Source: a virus. From it: a stretch of DNA of 7,046 nucleotides. The stretch lies in the IMG/VR virus record IMGVR_UViG_3300029462_000034, positions 1 through 7,046 of that record. One strand, given 5' to 3'. The translations under genes and the position numbers were made by a program. Below the pieces are notes generated by a model. That model had not been told where the DNA came from and made no database searches. It saw nothing but the letters and a program-made list of their open reading frames with translations. The stretch's first letter is position 1; every line of letters starts with the position of its first letter. Positions 4,699-7,046 of the stretch are shown in pieces.

Positions 4699-6252
4699 AT
4701 GGCTCTCTTTCCTCGTTGCAATAATCCTGTTCCTGTCGTTGGTCGTCATGGAGTTACTCTTGTTGGTTGCCACTCTTGTATTCAATGCCGTGTTGCTGCG
4801 CAGGAACATCTTTGCAAAATACTAGAGGTTGAAGCATCTAAACATCAATATGTTGAATTTATTACCAATACTTATGATGATTTACATTTGCCCTATATTG
4901 ATACTTCTTATTTGTACCCTTTTGGTTATGCCCTCCGCATACCTAATCGTGTAGTAAAAAAGTATAACAGAAGAACTAAAAGTTTTTACTTTGTAGAGGA
5001 TAAAATCTCTAAATCGTTTAAACTTACAAGTTTTGATACTGTAGACACTGCTCCTATGCTTCGTGATTATTATGCACGTATTGACAAATACTATAGCAGA
5101 TTTCCTTCTCGTTCTCGTGGTATAAGAAATAACTCTGTTGTTCCTATACTATGGTATGATGATATTAGAAAATATATAGGTCGTTTAAGAAAATGGTTTT
5201 TTAAAGAATATGGTGAAACATTACGGTACTACATTATTTGCGAGTACGGTTCACAATCATTCCGTCCGCATTATCATATCCTATTATTCCACGATTCGCC
5301 TAGAGCGAGAGCGGATTTTAGGAATGTTCGAACTTTGCCCCAATCAACCAAAGAAAATCCCCGAGAAATTTGTGTTAAACTCGATTTGGCTGATTTATGG
5401 GTCTACGGTGATACGACTTCAAAGGTTACAGACGGCAACATGCAGGAATATGTTAGTAAGTATCTTACACAACATTCTGACTTCCCTAGAGTGCTTGACA
5501 AGTTTCCACAAAGGAGTTTTCACTCAATCTTATTGGGTTCAAAGGTCAGAAATGAGGTTAGAGAATTACTCAAGGCTCGAGATTTCGAAACACTTACAAC
5601 AGATTATGTTGTTAACAAAAAAGGTGTGCGACGCCCTGTTTCCATGTCCGATGCGTATTACTCTCAATTTGCCGTTAAATTTACAGGTTCTTCCCTTTTT
5701 AATGTTGCAGAAACTTCTTCCCTTTTTCGTTCGGTGGTATACGTTGCCCGCCGTTTCTTCGCTACCAAAGGCGAAATCTATGATGACGGTCAAGTAAGGG
5801 AGTTTCTTATGTGGTTGCTTAAGCCTTCCACTGTTGATTTATATAAATATAATTATCAGTTTCGTGCTGTTCATTGGTATGCTGTCACTTTCGCTAAACC
5901 TATTTATAACAGTTCCGATTCTGTCAACCCTTTAAAATCGTTGCTTTATGCTGCACATCATCACTATTCGTTATCCTCCTATTTAGGTTTGGGTTTCTAT
6001 GAATGTCTTAAGTTACGTTTTGACTTCGTAGCTTGGAAGGATTATCTAAATATGATTCAGTATTTCCAAAATTTGGAAGATGACAAGTTATTTGCTTATG
6101 AAAATTATGCAAGTATGTCTCCATATACTGGAACTTATGATTTTAATAGTTTAAAGACACGGTCTATATTTCAGTATCAAGTTCAGAAAGCTAATATGGC
6201 TTATATTGAAAATATTAAGCACCGTGATGTTGTTGATTCTTATAAAAATTAA
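4699..6252 (+). CDS. VP4: Replication initiation protein VP4 (phiX174 gpA-like HUH rolling-circle endonuclease)
   Basis: It has an N-terminal Cys cluster (C7, CHSCIQC at 24-30, C39). Motif I is FITNTYD (nt 4858-4878). The HUH motif is RPHYHILLFH (His191/His193, nt 5269-5277). Motif III is EYVSKYL, with two Tyr three residues apart (Y251/Y255, nt 5449-5463), as with the paired catalytic tyrosines of phiX174 gpA. It is 517 aa. Confidence 0.93.
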   Translation: MALFPRCNNPVPVVGRHGVTLVGCHSCIQCRVAAQEHLCKILEVEASKHQYVEFITNTYDDLHLPYIDTSYLYPFGYALRIPNRVVKKYNRRTKSFYFVEDKISKSFKLTSFDTVDTAPMLRDYYARIDKYYSRFPSRSRGIRNNSVVPILWYDDIRKYIGRLRKWFFKEYGETLRYYIICEYGSQSFRPHYHILLFHDSPRARADFRNVRTLPQSTKENPREICVKLDLADLWVYGDTTSKVTDGNMQEYVSKYLTQHSDFPRVLDKFPQRSFHSILLGSKVRNEVRELLKARDFETLTTDYVVNKKGVRRPVSMSDAYYSQFAVKFTGSSLFNVAETSSLFRSVVYVARRFFATKGEIYDDGQVREFLMWLLKPSTVDLYKYNYQFRAVHWYAVTFAKPIYNSSDSVNPLKSLLYAAHHHYSLSSYLGLGFYECLKLRFDFVAWKDYLNMIQYFQNLEDDKLFAYENYASMSPYTGTYDFNSLKTRSIFQYQVQKANMAYIENIKHRDVVDSYKN

Positions 6253-6257
6253 TTATT

Positions 6258-7046
6258 ATGGCTAATAAAGTTTTAGGTATGCACCGCCTTAAGAATAAGG
6301 TAAATCGTAATGCTTTCGATTTGTCTCATCGACACATGTTTACCGCTCAAGTTGGTGAATTGCTGCCTGTATTTACTCAGTGGGTTAACCCTAATGAGAC
6401 GTTCAAAATTGGGTATAATGGTAAAACCCGTACCGCTGCCCTTAACACCGATGCATTTACTCGTATTCGTGAAAATATTCAGTACTTTTTTGTACCTTTT
6501 CAGTCTCTTTGGAAGTATTTTGAGCAGCAGGTTAATAATATGATTAAAGGTGACTCAGGACAAAATATTTCAAAGTTTGCTAGTAGTTCTACAGAGGCAT
6601 CTAAAATTTCTACTTCTCTTCCTTATGTTTCGTACGTAGATTTGGGTTTTTGGTTATCTTTAATGTTTAACCATGCTCTTGATGCTGTAGATACTTATTT
6701 TCATACTTATACTTCTGGTCGTTCTGCTGTTGGTTTTAAAGATTTCTGTGATTCTTCTACTTCATACAATGATGTCTTTGTTTGTGATGGCTATCGTTTA
6801 TGTCGTGCTGGTAAACTTTTAATGTCTCTTGGCTATGGTAATTTTAGTACCGTTATTCAGTATGATATTTATGCTATGGCTGAAGCGTTTGTTAGAATGG
6901 GTTCATCTTGGAATAAAACCGCTTTTTCCAATAGTTCTGTTTATGGGCTTAATCTTGTCGGGTTTGAATCTACTAAGGTATATAATAGTCCTAATTTGTC
7001 TATTTTACCTTTACTTGCTTATCATAAGATTTGCAATGACCATTAT
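6258..7046 (+). CDS. VP1: Major capsid protein VP1, 5' portion (runs off the window end and continues at nt 78 by circularity)
   Basis: This ORF is absent from the ORF track because no stop is reached. From the ATG at 6258 it reads MANKVLGMHRLKNKVNRNAFDLSHRHMFTAQVGELLPVFTQWVNPNETFKI...FTRIRENIQYFFVPFQSLWKYFEQ. These are the canonical N-terminal blocks of microvirus capsid proteins (N.FDLSH, G.L.P, YFFVP...W). My hand translation found no stop in 263 codons. Confidence 0.93.
   Translation, partial: MANKVLGMHRLKNKVNRNAFDLSHRHMFTAQVGELLPVFTQWVNPNETFKIGYNGKTRTAALNTDAFTRIRENIQYFFVPFQSLWKYFEQQVNNMIKGDSGQNISKFASSSTEASKISTSLPYVSYVDLGFWLSLMFNHALDAVDTYFHTYTSGRSAVGFKDFCDSSTSYNDVFVCDGYRLCRAGKLLMSLGYGNFSTVIQYDIYAMAEAFVRMGSSWNKTAFSNSSVYGLNLVGFESTKVYNSPNLSILPLLAYHKICNDHY
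6970..7046. repeat. Terminal redundancy copy 2 (circular-contig overlap)
   Basis: It is identical to 1-77 and lies in frame inside VP1, so it marks closure of a 6,969-nt circle rather than a biological terminal repeat. Confidence 0.97.

Noticed and set aside
5566-5793. Minus-strand 75-aa ORF inside VP4.
   Set aside because: It is antisense to the conserved Rep core, short, and has no expression signals.
1066-6543. Plus-strand alternative-frame ORFs 1066..1281, 2444..2740, 3014..3385 and 6310..6543.
   Set aside because: Each is in the +1 shift relative to the genuine gene it overlaps. With the strong NNT codon bias here, that frame (positions 2-3-1') is automatically depleted of TAA/TAG/TGA and enriched in Leu/Val/Cys codons. 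Their products are Leu-rich with no features. Only the 195-codon case in VP4 is kept as a low-priority finding, because local codon bias there is not NNT.
1-7046. tRNA, rRNA, CRISPR array, integrase, transposase or known defence genes.
   Set aside because: I saw no cloverleaf-like structures, regularly spaced repeats, or recombinase-sized ORFs. Every ORF of 70 aa or more is accounted for above.

Overview
This window is a complete, circularly permuted genome of a Microviridae ssDNA phage. The unit length is 6,969 nt: nt 1-77 recur exactly at 6970-7046, in frame inside the capsid gene, so this is the assembly overlap of a circle. All core genes are on the + strand. They are the major capsid protein VP1 (6258..7046 joined to 78..1337, 682 aa), a 149-aa acidic/coiled-coil protein (1355..1804), the pilot/minor capsid protein VP2 (1813..3270) and the HUH rolling-circle initiator VP4 (4699..6252). 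No start codon has a Shine-Dalgarno sequence, and there are two near-consensus Bacteroidetes-type promoters (TTTG-N20-TAnnTTTG). Together these suggest a Bacteroidota host (Alpavirinae-like), but I cannot confirm that without a search. The unusual part is a ~1.43 kb non-core module between VP2 and VP4 (3271-4698). It holds an 86-aa gene on the opposite strand, which is atypical for microviruses. It also holds a 524-nt AT-rich non-coding region with divergent promoters and a 67-nt composite hairpin made of alternating purine-pyrimidine tetranucleotide repeats. A + strand string of three small genes follows: a putative lipoprotein, a small membrane protein with a possible phiX174-E-like overlapping 5' extension, and a 69-aa protein abutting VP4. 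I propose this module as a candidate regulatory (immunity/lysogeny-like) plus envelope-acting (lysis or exclusion) cassette. Function is inference only. All family assignments come from motifs read by eye; no database search was run.
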